Source: Candidatus Peregrinibacteria bacterium
GTDB taxonomy: Bacteria; Patescibacteriota; Gracilibacteria; UBA1369
DNA: 64,000 bases
NCBI GenBank assembly: GCA_020429235.1
Contig: JAGQLQ010000025.1
Coordinates: forward strand, 310 to 64,309
Direction: 5' to 3'
Under the pieces are notes generated by a model, which searched no databases, was not told where the DNA came from, and saw nothing but the letters and a program-made list of their open reading frames with translations. Below, one piece after another: positions 29,077 to 38,200 of the stretch; the stretch's first letter is position 1; every line of letters starts with the position of its first letter. A program made the position numbers and the translations under genes.

Positions 29077-29991
29077 ATGAAACTTGAAGATGCTATCGGC
29101 CAGTTTTTGCAGCATGCAGAAATTGGTCGCAACCAATCGGAAAAAACTATCGAGAATTATGGCCATTATTTGGGCAGATTTTTGGCTTGGACTGGAGACA
29201 TTTCTGTTGGATCGATCTCTTTAAAAAAAGTTCAGGAGTATCGGCTGTATTTGAATCGTTTGAAGGATGAAAAAGGGAAAAAACTGCTGATGATGAAGAC
29301 GCAGAATTATCATGTTATTGCGCTGCGGGCTTTCCTGAAGTGGTGCATGAAGAACGATATTGATACCTTGTCACCGGAAAAGATTGATTTGGGAAAAGTG
29401 GAGGACAGGACCGTTGAGTATTTGAGCCGGGAGGAACTGGAGCGGCTTTTTGATGCTGTGGATGCGGAGTCTGTTCGGGGACGGCGGGATCGGGCGATTC
29501 TGGAAACGCTCTATTCAACCGGTTTGCGTGTGAGTGAGTTGGTGAGTTTAAATTGTGATCAGGTGGATCTGGAACGACGGGAGTTTATGGTCCGAGGTAA
29601 GGGGAGAAAAGCACGGATTGTGTTTTTGTCCGATCGGGCTGCGGAAGCGATTGAGTCCTATTTGGCGATTCGGGATGACAATTTTGATCCTCTTTTTTTG
29701 AATTATCGGCGCGGAAAACAGAGCGAAAATATTACGATGGGGGAAAAGAGACGGCTGAGCACGGTGATGGTGCAGTATCTGGTTCGAAACTATGCTCGAA
29801 AGGCCGGGATTATTAAGAAAGTGACGCCGCACGTTTTGCGCCATTCCTTCGCGACTGAACTCCTGATTAATGGTGCGGACATTCGGAGTGTTCAGGAGAT
29901 GCTGGGACATGCATCGATTACGACTACTCAAATTTATACGCATCTTACGAATAAGCGCTTAAAGGAGGTTCATGAGAAATTTCATCAATAG
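29077..29991 (+). CDS. Tyrosine site-specific recombinase, XerC/XerD type
   Basis: Catalytic residues lie in ETLYSTGLRVSEL (R), HVLRHSFATELL (HxxR) and LGHASITTTQIYTH (H...Y). Confidence 0.9.
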   Translation: MKLEDAIGQFLQHAEIGRNQSEKTIENYGHYLGRFLAWTGDISVGSISLKKVQEYRLYLNRLKDEKGKKLLMMKTQNYHVIALRAFLKWCMKNDIDTLSPEKIDLGKVEDRTVEYLSREELERLFDAVDAESVRGRRDRAILETLYSTGLRVSELVSLNCDQVDLERREFMVRGKGRKARIVFLSDRAAEAIESYLAIRDDNFDPLFLNYRRGKQSENITMGEKRRLSTVMVQYLVRNYARKAGIIKKVTPHVLRHSFATELLINGADIRSVQEMLGHASITTTQIYTHLTNKRLKEVHEKFHQ

Positions 29992-30051
29992 GATTGTTGC
30001 TTTGCACGAACGGATTTTTGGACTATAGTTTGATTGTCATTATTTTGCCGC

Positions 30052-30729
30052 ATGATTGAGTTTTCACACGTTTCGAAAAAATATGGCCGGGCGAAAGTCC
30101 TGGATAAGATCAGCCTTACGATTAAAAAGGGCGAATTTGTAACTTTTATTGGTCCTTCCGGAGCAGGGAAATCGACTCTGGTTTATTCATTGATTGGGGC
30201 GGAACCGATTGCGAGTGGGAGTATTAAGATTGATGGATATGAGGTGAATCGGCTGCAAGGACGTCCGCTTCAGTATTTTCGGCGAAGAATTGGTGTAGTT
30301 TTTCAGGATTATAAATTGCTGGCGCAGAAGAATGTGTATGAAAATGTGGCCTTTGCGCTTGAAGTTTGCGGGTTTGATCGATCAGACATTAAACAAAGAG
30401 TGAAAGAGGTGTTGGAGATTGTGGGACTTTCGAAGAAACAGAAACAGTTTCCTCATCAGCTTTCTGGAGGGGAAAAACAGCGAACAGCAATTGCGCGTGC
30501 ACTGGTGCACTATCCAAGTTTGATTGTGGCAGATGAGCCGACTGGGAATTTGGATCCGGATACGGCTCAGGATATTATCGATCTCTTGATGAAGATTAAT
30601 GATAGCGGGACAACGATCCTTTTAACCACGCACAATACGCAGCTTGTGGATTCGATTCAGAAGAGAGTGGTGAAACTGGATGATGGAAAGATTGTGAGTG
30701 ATAAAAAATCTGCTGGATACCGTTCTTAA
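30052..30729 (+). CDS. ftsE: Cell-division ABC ATPase FtsE-like
   Basis: MIEFSHVSKKYG..., Walker A GPSGAGKST, ABC signature LSGGEKQR and Walker B LIVADEPTGNLD. The size (~225 aa) and N-terminus fit FtsE. The ATG at 30052 is preferred over the TTG at 30034. Confidence 0.75.
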   Translation: MIEFSHVSKKYGRAKVLDKISLTIKKGEFVTFIGPSGAGKSTLVYSLIGAEPIASGSIKIDGYEVNRLQGRPLQYFRRRIGVVFQDYKLLAQKNVYENVAFALEVCGFDRSDIKQRVKEVLEIVGLSKKQKQFPHQLSGGEKQRTAIARALVHYPSLIVADEPTGNLDPDTAQDIIDLLMKINDSGTTILLTTHNTQLVDSIQKRVVKLDDGKIVSDKKSAGYRS

Positions 30730-30738
30730 CGATTGGAA

Positions 30739-31803
30739 ATGGCTACGTACAAACAGTCTGGTGTGGATATTGCCGAGGGTGATAAGTGCAGTGCGTTGGC
30801 TTATGCTGCCGCGAAAAAGACGTTTGATGCGCGCAAGGGGCTTTTTGGTAAGCCGGTTATTCAGGATGGTGGTTTTAGTGGCGCTTTGGATTTTGGGGAT
30901 TTTTATTTGATTCAGAATTGTGATGGTGTTGGGTCAAAGATTGCTGTGGCGGATGCTTTGAAGAAGTATGATACGCTTGGCTATGATTTGTTGGCGATGG
31001 TGGTTGATGATGCGGTGTGTGTTGGGGCGGAGACCGTTTCTGTGACGAATACTGTTGATACTAATAAGGTGACTGCGGCCGCGATTGAGCCGATGATGAA
31101 AGGGCTTTTAAAGGCGTGTAAGGAACAAAAAGTAGTAATTCCTGGAGGTGAGATTGCTGAATTGCCGGATTTGATGAAAGGGAATTCGTGGAACTCGACC
31201 GCGGTGGGAATTGTTGAGAAAAAGAAGTTTATTACCGGAAAAGATGTGAAACCTGGCGACAAAATTATTGCTCTCAAGAGCAAAGGGTTCCGGTCAAATG
31301 GGTTTAGCCTTGTGCGATATATTTTAAAGAAAAAGTTTGGCGCAGGGTGGGAAAAGAAGAAGCGTGGAGTAAAAACATGGGGGGAAGTGGTTTTAACGCC
31401 TTCGCTGATTTATTCGGATGCTTTGCTTGATGTTCTTGGTCGATATAAAAAGCCACGGCAGGCAAAAGTAAAGGCACTTGCCCACGTGACTGGTGGTGGT
31501 ATTCCGGGAAACTTGAAGAGAGTTCTTGGAAAGTATGGAGCAACTTTAGATAACTTAATGACTCCTCATGCTTTTATGCTCGATTTGCAGGAGATGGGGA
31601 AAGTGAAAGATGCCGAGGCATATAAAACGTGGAATATGGGTATGGGAATGCTGGTTATCTCGAACGATATTGCCGTGTTTGAGAAAGCCATGAAGAAGCA
31701 TAAGATTCCAATGCAGGTTATTGGTGAAGTCACGAAGGAGTCCGGTATCCGACTGAAGAGTAAAGGACATTTTGAAGGTGGGAAGATGTTGCATTTTGGG
31801 TAG
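30739..31803 (+). CDS. purM: Phosphoribosylformylglycinamidine cyclo-ligase (AIR synthetase)
   Basis: YKQSGVDIAEGD..., DGVGSK and the overall PurM layout are present. ATG at 30739. Confidence 0.9.
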   Translation: MATYKQSGVDIAEGDKCSALAYAAAKKTFDARKGLFGKPVIQDGGFSGALDFGDFYLIQNCDGVGSKIAVADALKKYDTLGYDLLAMVVDDAVCVGAETVSVTNTVDTNKVTAAAIEPMMKGLLKACKEQKVVIPGGEIAELPDLMKGNSWNSTAVGIVEKKKFITGKDVKPGDKIIALKSKGFRSNGFSLVRYILKKKFGAGWEKKKRGVKTWGEVVLTPSLIYSDALLDVLGRYKKPRQAKVKALAHVTGGGIPGNLKRVLGKYGATLDNLMTPHAFMLDLQEMGKVKDAEAYKTWNMGMGMLVISNDIAVFEKAMKKHKIPMQVIGEVTKESGIRLKSKGHFEGGKMLHFG

Positions 31804-31843
31804 TCAGGATTATAATGCCTCCCTTTCTTTAACCTTCCTTTTT

Positions 31844-32164
31844 ATGGCCGCTGAACGTTTGCAAATTACATCGCCGGATGAGCGACCGGTTAATACGGCT
31901 CCGCGTATGCCGCAGGGTTTTCTTGCCCAATTGAAGGATGATTGGGCTAGTGAAGGGTGCCAGGTTCCGGATTCGATTCCGCTTGAAGATAAAATTGCTG
32001 CATTTGAGGAGATTGCTATGAGCGGAACAATGAGTAGTGCAGAAGTTGAGGAGTTGCGGATTCGAACTACTGACCGGATTGAATGCAAAAGAATAGCTGC
32101 TGAAATTGGTGACCGGCTTTTGAAAATTTTGGAGCATGCCCGGGTTAGTGATCCAGAATTGTAG
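31844..32164 (+). CDS. Hypothetical small protein
   Basis: 106 aa from the ATG at 31844. The longer ORF from 31772 would overlap the purM 3' end. No motif recognised. Confidence 0.4.
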   Translation: MAAERLQITSPDERPVNTAPRMPQGFLAQLKDDWASEGCQVPDSIPLEDKIAAFEEIAMSGTMSSAEVEELRIRTTDRIECKRIAAEIGDRLLKILEHARVSDPEL

Positions 32165-32224
32165 AATTTATGTTCCGATCATGTGGAGCTGCTACGATTG
32201 TTTCGTAGTAGCTCTTTTTTGATT

Positions 32225-33067
32225 ATGGATACGCTTCAAGAAAAGGATTTCCCGTTGTTTTTGCGACAGATCACTCAAATTCCTGAAAAGATGTTTTTAC
32301 GTGGTGCGCCGCTACAGCATGATGCTGACTATGTGGCTATTGTGGGAACGCGTGTCCCCTCTCCATATGGGAGGCGGATGGCTTATGAAATTGCGAAGAG
32401 TTTGGTGGAATGTGGGGTTGTTGTCGTGAGTGGATTGGCTTTTGGTGTTGATTTTTTGGCACATAAAGCGGCTGTAGATTTGGGTAAGCCGACTGTTGCA
32501 TTTTTGGCTTCCGGGGTTGAGCGGGTAACACCAGCCAGCCATGCGGTGTTTGCAAAGGAAATTGTTGAATCCGGAGGTTCGATTCTTTCTGAATATGAAA
32601 GCTTTGATAGTGCTCACAAGTATCGTTTTCTGGAGAGGAATCGTCTTATTTCCGGTCTTTGCCGTGCAACGATTGTTGTTGAAGCCAAGGCAAAATCTGG
32701 GGCTTTAATTACGGCCCGGCATGCATTTGAGCAGGATCGGGAGGTGTATGCTTTGGTGGGAGATATTGATCGGGCGCAGTCCCGCGGCTGCCTGGATTTG
32801 GTTGAGCGTGATATGGCTAAGCCTATTACTTCTCTTGAGAGACTTTTACAGGATTTAGGGCTGCAAAAAAATCTTCCACAGGATGATCTGAGTCGTACTA
32901 TTGTGACAACTCTGGAGAATAAACTTATGAGCATGAATGATTTGTGCGCCGTTTTGAAGATGTCATCAGCAGAGGTTGCCAGTGCTCTCATGCAGCTTGA
33001 AATAGCTGGTGCTGTTGTCCGGAATCAGGGCAAGTGGATGAAAATGACTACACAGAAATTGCTGTGA
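32225..33067 (+). CDS. dprA: DNA-processing protein DprA (Smf)
   Basis: The Rossmann-like core reads IVGTRVPSPYGRRMAYEIAKSLVECGVVVVSGLAFGVDFLAHKAA and is followed by a C-terminal winged-helix-like tail. The start is ATG 32225 or GTG 32183. Confidence 0.9.
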   Translation: MDTLQEKDFPLFLRQITQIPEKMFLRGAPLQHDADYVAIVGTRVPSPYGRRMAYEIAKSLVECGVVVVSGLAFGVDFLAHKAAVDLGKPTVAFLASGVERVTPASHAVFAKEIVESGGSILSEYESFDSAHKYRFLERNRLISGLCRATIVVEAKAKSGALITARHAFEQDREVYALVGDIDRAQSRGCLDLVERDMAKPITSLERLLQDLGLQKNLPQDDLSRTIVTTLENKLMSMNDLCAVLKMSSAEVASALMQLEIAGAVVRNQGKWMKMTTQKLL

Positions 33068-34796
33068 CGCGGTGGACTTCTGCCAGACTGGTGAGACCCT
33101 GGATTACTTTGATAACTCCGTCTTCGTACATGGTCATCATCCCCTTCTTTCGGGCTGCTTCAATGAGCTTTGTGGAACTGGCTTTTTCAAGGATAAGCCG
33201 TTTGATTTCGTTGTCGACATCCAAAACCTCTACCACGGCAATACGACCTTTATATCCTGTGTGGCTGCAAACAGGACATCCGGGAGCCGTTGGGAGTTCA
33301 TCCGGTATTTCCAGCTCAAGACTTGGTTGCATATTTTTAATGAGGTCCAGCTTTTTTTGGAGCTCCTCTTTTTTGGCCGCCGAAATTTTTTCTGAATATG
33401 AACATGCCGGACAGAATTTTCGGACGAGGCGCTGAGCGATGATTGTGTCGAGTGCCGGCGCCACCATGAATGGTGGAAGGCCAATATTGATGAGTCGGGG
33501 AATAGCTTCGATTGCGCTGTTGGTGTGGAGAGTACTCAGAAGGACATGTCCGGTAAGGGCTGCCTGAGCAGCGGTTTCGGCTGTGTCCAGGTCACGAATT
33601 TCTCCAATCATCACGACGTCCGGATCCTGACGGAGAATGGCGCGCAGTCCATTTGCAAAGTCGTAGCCACGTTTTTCATTGATCTGACTTTGAGAAATCC
33701 CTTTTAGATGGTATTCAATTGGATCTTCAAGGGTGATGGTTTTGTTGCTTTCGTTGCTGAATTTTTCAAGAAGTTGGTAGAGCGTGGTGGTTTTACCAGA
33801 TCCGGTTGGACCGGTAATAAGGATCATTCCGTGTTTTATATTGAGCATCTGTCTGGTGTGAGCCAGCGCTTTCCCGGTGAATCCCATGTCTTCAAAGCTG
33901 GCCACATGGCGTTGGCTATCCAAAAGCCGGCATACAAATGTTTCTCCAAACTGGGTTGGCAAAACGGATACACGAAGATCCACTTTTCGCTCGTTGACCA
34001 AAAAACTGTACCGTCCATCTTGTGGCTCATTGGTAATGTTGAGCTTCATTTTACACTGGTACTTAATCTGGTTGGCAATGTTCGTGAAAGTGGTTTTGTC
34101 GATACGGAAAATACTATGAAGCAATCCATCAATACGAAAGCGCATTTCAACATCTTCTTCTTCCGGTTCAAAGTGGATATCTGATGCTCCGGTTTTGAGT
34201 GCGCCAATGTTAATGAGGTAAACGGCTTCTTCGGACGTGAGTGTTGGGAGTTTTGTTTCGAGTGACTGAAGGTCCTGAATCTCTTTTTCGTATGCTTTAA
34301 TTTTCTCTTCATCAAGCTTGGTTTCGATCTCTTTTTTGACCACGTACTGCTCAGATTCATAAAGTTTCATGGCTTCACGCAGACCATCGTCTGATGAAAG
34401 GTTTACATTGATGGCGTATCCTTGCTGCTTTAGCTGTTCAATTACTTTGAGTGTTTCTGGATTTTGAGGATCGGCAACAGCAACACGCACTTTTTTCCCA
34501 AGTTTGTAGAAGGGAAGAATGAGTGCTTTTTGCGCTATTTGTGGATCGACCATATGAAGCAGATCCGGGTTGATTGGCGTTGTTCCAATGTTGATGTATG
34601 ACATGCCAAGCTCCCGGGCCCGCTGAGCTGCTGCTTTTTCTTTGGCTTCACGGTTAATTTTCGCCAGTTTTTCTTCTGGAGAGACCGTTGGCTGTGTTTG
34701 ATGAACCGGTTCGGATGGTGCCGATGGAGCCTTTATCGCCTGCCCTTGTTGCGCTATTTGCTGCGATCCCTGATTGTTTTGTGTGTTGTCGTCCAT
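33048..34796 (-). CDS. pilB: Type IV pilus / type II secretion assembly ATPase (PilB/GspE family)
   Basis: Walker A GPTGSGKTTTLY, the Asp box and Walker B (MIGEIRD), the His box (LSTLHTN) and a tetracysteine motif (CPAC...CPVC). The ATG at 34796 (MDDNTQ...) is preferred. Confidence 0.9.
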   Translation of the reverse strand: MDDNTQNNQGSQQIAQQGQAIKAPSAPSEPVHQTQPTVSPEEKLAKINREAKEKAAAQRARELGMSYINIGTTPINPDLLHMVDPQIAQKALILPFYKLGKKVRVAVADPQNPETLKVIEQLKQQGYAINVNLSSDDGLREAMKLYESEQYVVKKEIETKLDEEKIKAYEKEIQDLQSLETKLPTLTSEEAVYLINIGALKTGASDIHFEPEEEDVEMRFRIDGLLHSIFRIDKTTFTNIANQIKYQCKMKLNITNEPQDGRYSFLVNERKVDLRVSVLPTQFGETFVCRLLDSQRHVASFEDMGFTGKALAHTRQMLNIKHGMILITGPTGSGKTTTLYQLLEKFSNESNKTITLEDPIEYHLKGISQSQINEKRGYDFANGLRAILRQDPDVVMIGEIRDLDTAETAAQAALTGHVLLSTLHTNSAIEAIPRLINIGLPPFMVAPALDTIIAQRLVRKFCPACSYSEKISAAKKEELQKKLDLIKNMQPSLELEIPDELPTAPGCPVCSHTGYKGRIAVVEVLDVDNEIKRLILEKASSTKLIEAARKKGMMTMYEDGVIKVIQGLTSLAEVHRVTAISV

Positions 34797-34944
34797 AGAC
34801 GCAGAAAGAGAACTATATCCGTTTATTTTACCATAAAATCGTCTTTTTTTTAAGGCTTTCTGTGAAGATTTTTCTGGATACTCAACCTGGAAAAAATGGC
34901 TCAAAAATGGTATAATTTCTGGATATTATTGAATTTAAATTTTG

Positions 34945-35277
34945 ATGTCTCAACGCGAAAAAAAAGAACAACTTCTCCGTGATGAGATGGAGCGATGCAT
35001 TTTGCTCCCTCCTGATGAGAAGAAATTCTGGATTGAAAATGCTGCGATTCTACCAAATGCAATGCTGGATGAAGTGTTCCGCATTGTTCAAGAAAAAAAT
35101 GAAACGGTGGATCGATACATTGAAGCGGCGCTTGCCGAGGATAAAGATCGAAAATATCTCTCGGAACTGAAAGCCAAGATTAAAAAAATGAAAACTGAAG
35201 CTTTTGCAATGGAGGAAAAGAGTGAGGAAGAGAGTGTTGAAGAAATCCTGGAACAACAACTTGAAGATCTTTCATGA
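34945..35277 (+). CDS. Small acidic helical protein, translationally coupled to the giant kinase gene
   Basis: 110 aa with an acidic C-terminus (EEKSEEESVEEILEQQLEDLS). Its stop overlaps the ATG of the next gene (ATGA at 35274-35277). Confidence 0.6.
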   Translation: MSQREKKEQLLRDEMERCILLPPDEKKFWIENAAILPNAMLDEVFRIVQEKNETVDRYIEAALAEDKDRKYLSELKAKIKKMKTEAFAMEEKSEEESVEEILEQQLEDLS

Positions 35278-38200
35278 CCGAAAAACTTGGCGGACAGATA
35301 GATGTGAAGCAACAAGAGATTGAAAGTCTTAAGGGGCCTGCAGCGGCGAAGACTGAAATTTCAAGGTATCGGAGTACCTATGTTAATGCTGTTGATTCAG
35401 GCCAAACAGAGATGTTAACGGCTGCGGGAAAATTGAAATCCCCTGAAGCCAAGGCCTATTTAAAAAAAGCTTCTGGAGAGATTGCCGGCCAGCTTGGATC
35501 CATGGCGGATCGGGGACGGGAGATTATTAAAGCTCATGAAGATACCAAAGAGGGAAAACCTGAAAAGGTTCCGAGTATGGACCAATTGAGTGGTGATCTG
35601 AGTAAAAAACTGGGGCAGCTTAAAAAATCTATCGATGCATTTAAAGTTTTGGAGGAGATTGAAAATGATGATCTTCCAAAGGTTGAAAAAGCAAATGGGA
35701 AATTGAATAGCAGTGAGGGTTCAAAAGATCCACTCACGATTTTTTCTGCAAAAGAGAAATTGTTGGGCGATCTGAATCGTTTAAGTCCAAAGTTTATAAG
35801 CACTCCTGGCTCGCGTGAATATTCAAAGAAGGTTGTTAAAAAATATCAGGATCTGGCCAAAAAAATTGGCGAGGAAAAAGATGAACTGGCACTTGGCCCT
35901 ACAGCCCGACATATTATTGCCAATGATTTCTTTAAGTCTGTGAGCACCTATGAAACGCTTGTAAAAGCTGTTGAGAGTAATCCTTCAATGGAAACTCTTC
36001 GGGCAGCTGAGGCGCAGGCGGAGAAAATTGATCCTGTAAAAGCCCATGCAGAAATTTTTGATGAAAAGGAAGAAGGTTCGTACGCCTACATCAATAACAT
36101 GTATAAACACCTTGAGACTGAATTTGAAAAATCCAAATCCAGTTATGAAGGTTTGAAAGATAGTTTTGAAGAGGCAGAGAAAGAGGCTTTGACCAAGGCT
36201 GCGGAAAAAATGATTGCCGATATTGCCTCTGCTGAAAAAGAGACTGTCGGACCTTTATGGGATAAATATGAACCTTTATCAAGGCGTACTGATTTAAATG
36301 GTAAGGAGCTGGAGGATTATGAGAAAAATGAAAAGGCGCTCCTTTCAGCTTATTTAACGCTCAAAATGACTGTTTCCCCTTTTGTGAATAAGGAAACACA
36401 GTACAAGCTTCAGGGAGATATTTATGGAAAAGTTCAGGCCAAGATTAAGGAGATTGATGATCGGGTTCGGCAGATTGAGGTGAATCGTCAGACACGAAAG
36501 AGTATGGCCTCACTTGGTGAGGTTGGGGCTAATGTTTTTAGTTACGTCACTTTTTTGGGAGAAGAAAAGGATGGCAAGATTTATACTTTCAACGCGGCCT
36601 ATGATGCTCTTTCAGATGAAAAAAAACAGGAGGTGCGTATGGCTGTTGAGAGCATTATTGCGAGAGACCAGGCTGAAGTGAAGGCTGAAACTCAAAAAGC
36701 TATGGTGGAACTTTCAAAATCTACCGGTAATTTTGATCAAATTTCTGAAGTCCTGGGAGAGAAATCTAAAAAGTATGCTGAAGGTTTACAGCTTTTGGCA
36801 TCCGGAAAACATACAGAAGCAGTGGCCGCTTTCGAAGCTTATGTTGGTCAAACGTTTTCTGCCGAAGAACGCGAACTGAACTCTGCTGCTCTTGCTGATG
36901 CGCAGGAAAAGATCCGACTTATAAAATATTCTGGAGATTTTTATGAAGGATTAAAACAGTATGGAGCTGGGGATATTAATGCAGCTTCGAAAAGCCTTGC
37001 CGGCTATGTTAAGTGGGCGGAAGGCAGCGGCGATAAAGAGCTCCACAAAGAACAGATTAATCAGGCCCGTGAAGTGCTTCATTTGATTGGTTTAACCAAG
37101 GTGAAACAGCTGGATAATCTGCTTGAAGACGTGAAATACTGGAAGAAAAAAGATCTTCAGGATCGATATGGTAAGAATGGTGAAAAAATCGATTTCAGAA
37201 TTACAGGGCCGGAAGTGGATGTGATTGTTGATGGTATTCGTGGGTTGAAATCCAAGGTTCAAAAAGGTGAACTGATTGATTATGATGAAGAGTTTGCCAA
37301 GTTGAAAGCCAGTGTTCATTTATATTTGCAGAAGAATGCTTTTGATCCGAAAAATAATGTAATTGATAAATTTTCGGAACTTTATGAAGGGATGAATTCG
37401 ACGGATCCAGAGGTCCGAAAAAAAACATGTATTAAATTTGCCAAAGAACTTCGTGATCTCCGGGGATATGATAAAGCCCGTGAGTATTTGGATAAAGCTC
37501 TCGCAGATGAGTACCGTGAGGCGGCCAAAGATGTGAGTCAGGAAAAAATTATGCGGGAAATGTTGGGCGATAAGATGATTATGGATAATGTCCGGAAAGC
37601 GGCATCTGCCTATCTGACTGAATTTAAAAAAGATAATCCTGATATTCCGGAAGATCAATTGAGGAAACAGGCTGAACAGATTGTTTTTAATATGTGGCTC
37701 CAAAAGCGTTATTCCCGTGAATTGCGACATCATATGACCGGGCAGGGGCTTGCTGATTCTACTGAAGCTTTAAGTCTTTATAATAATTGGTCGCCGTATG
37801 AAGAGGATAAAGATACTTCATGGTACAAACCGTGGAATTATGAGTACATGAGTGCGGAGGAATATGATCAGTTTAAAGATGCTGCCAAAGAGAATCTGGC
37901 GTTGACGATTGCGACACTCCCTATTGGATTTGGTGCGGGTGCCGTTGGTGCGCAGATTGGGAAAGTGGCTTTTCGTTCGTTGGCAACGCGTTTGTTAATA
38001 CGAACAGGTGCTGCTGGAGCCGAAGCAGCAATTCTTGCTATTGAGGAGGGTGGTGTGCAGGCAATCCGGTTTGGATCTCAGGCCTGGAAGGCTCTTACCC
38101 CGCAGATGCAACGTGCCATTATTCTGTCCCGAGTTGGAGCTGGTGCCTTAAGTGTCACGGTAGAAGGAACGCTTCTCTTGGGAGGAAGTACTGTTGCTGA

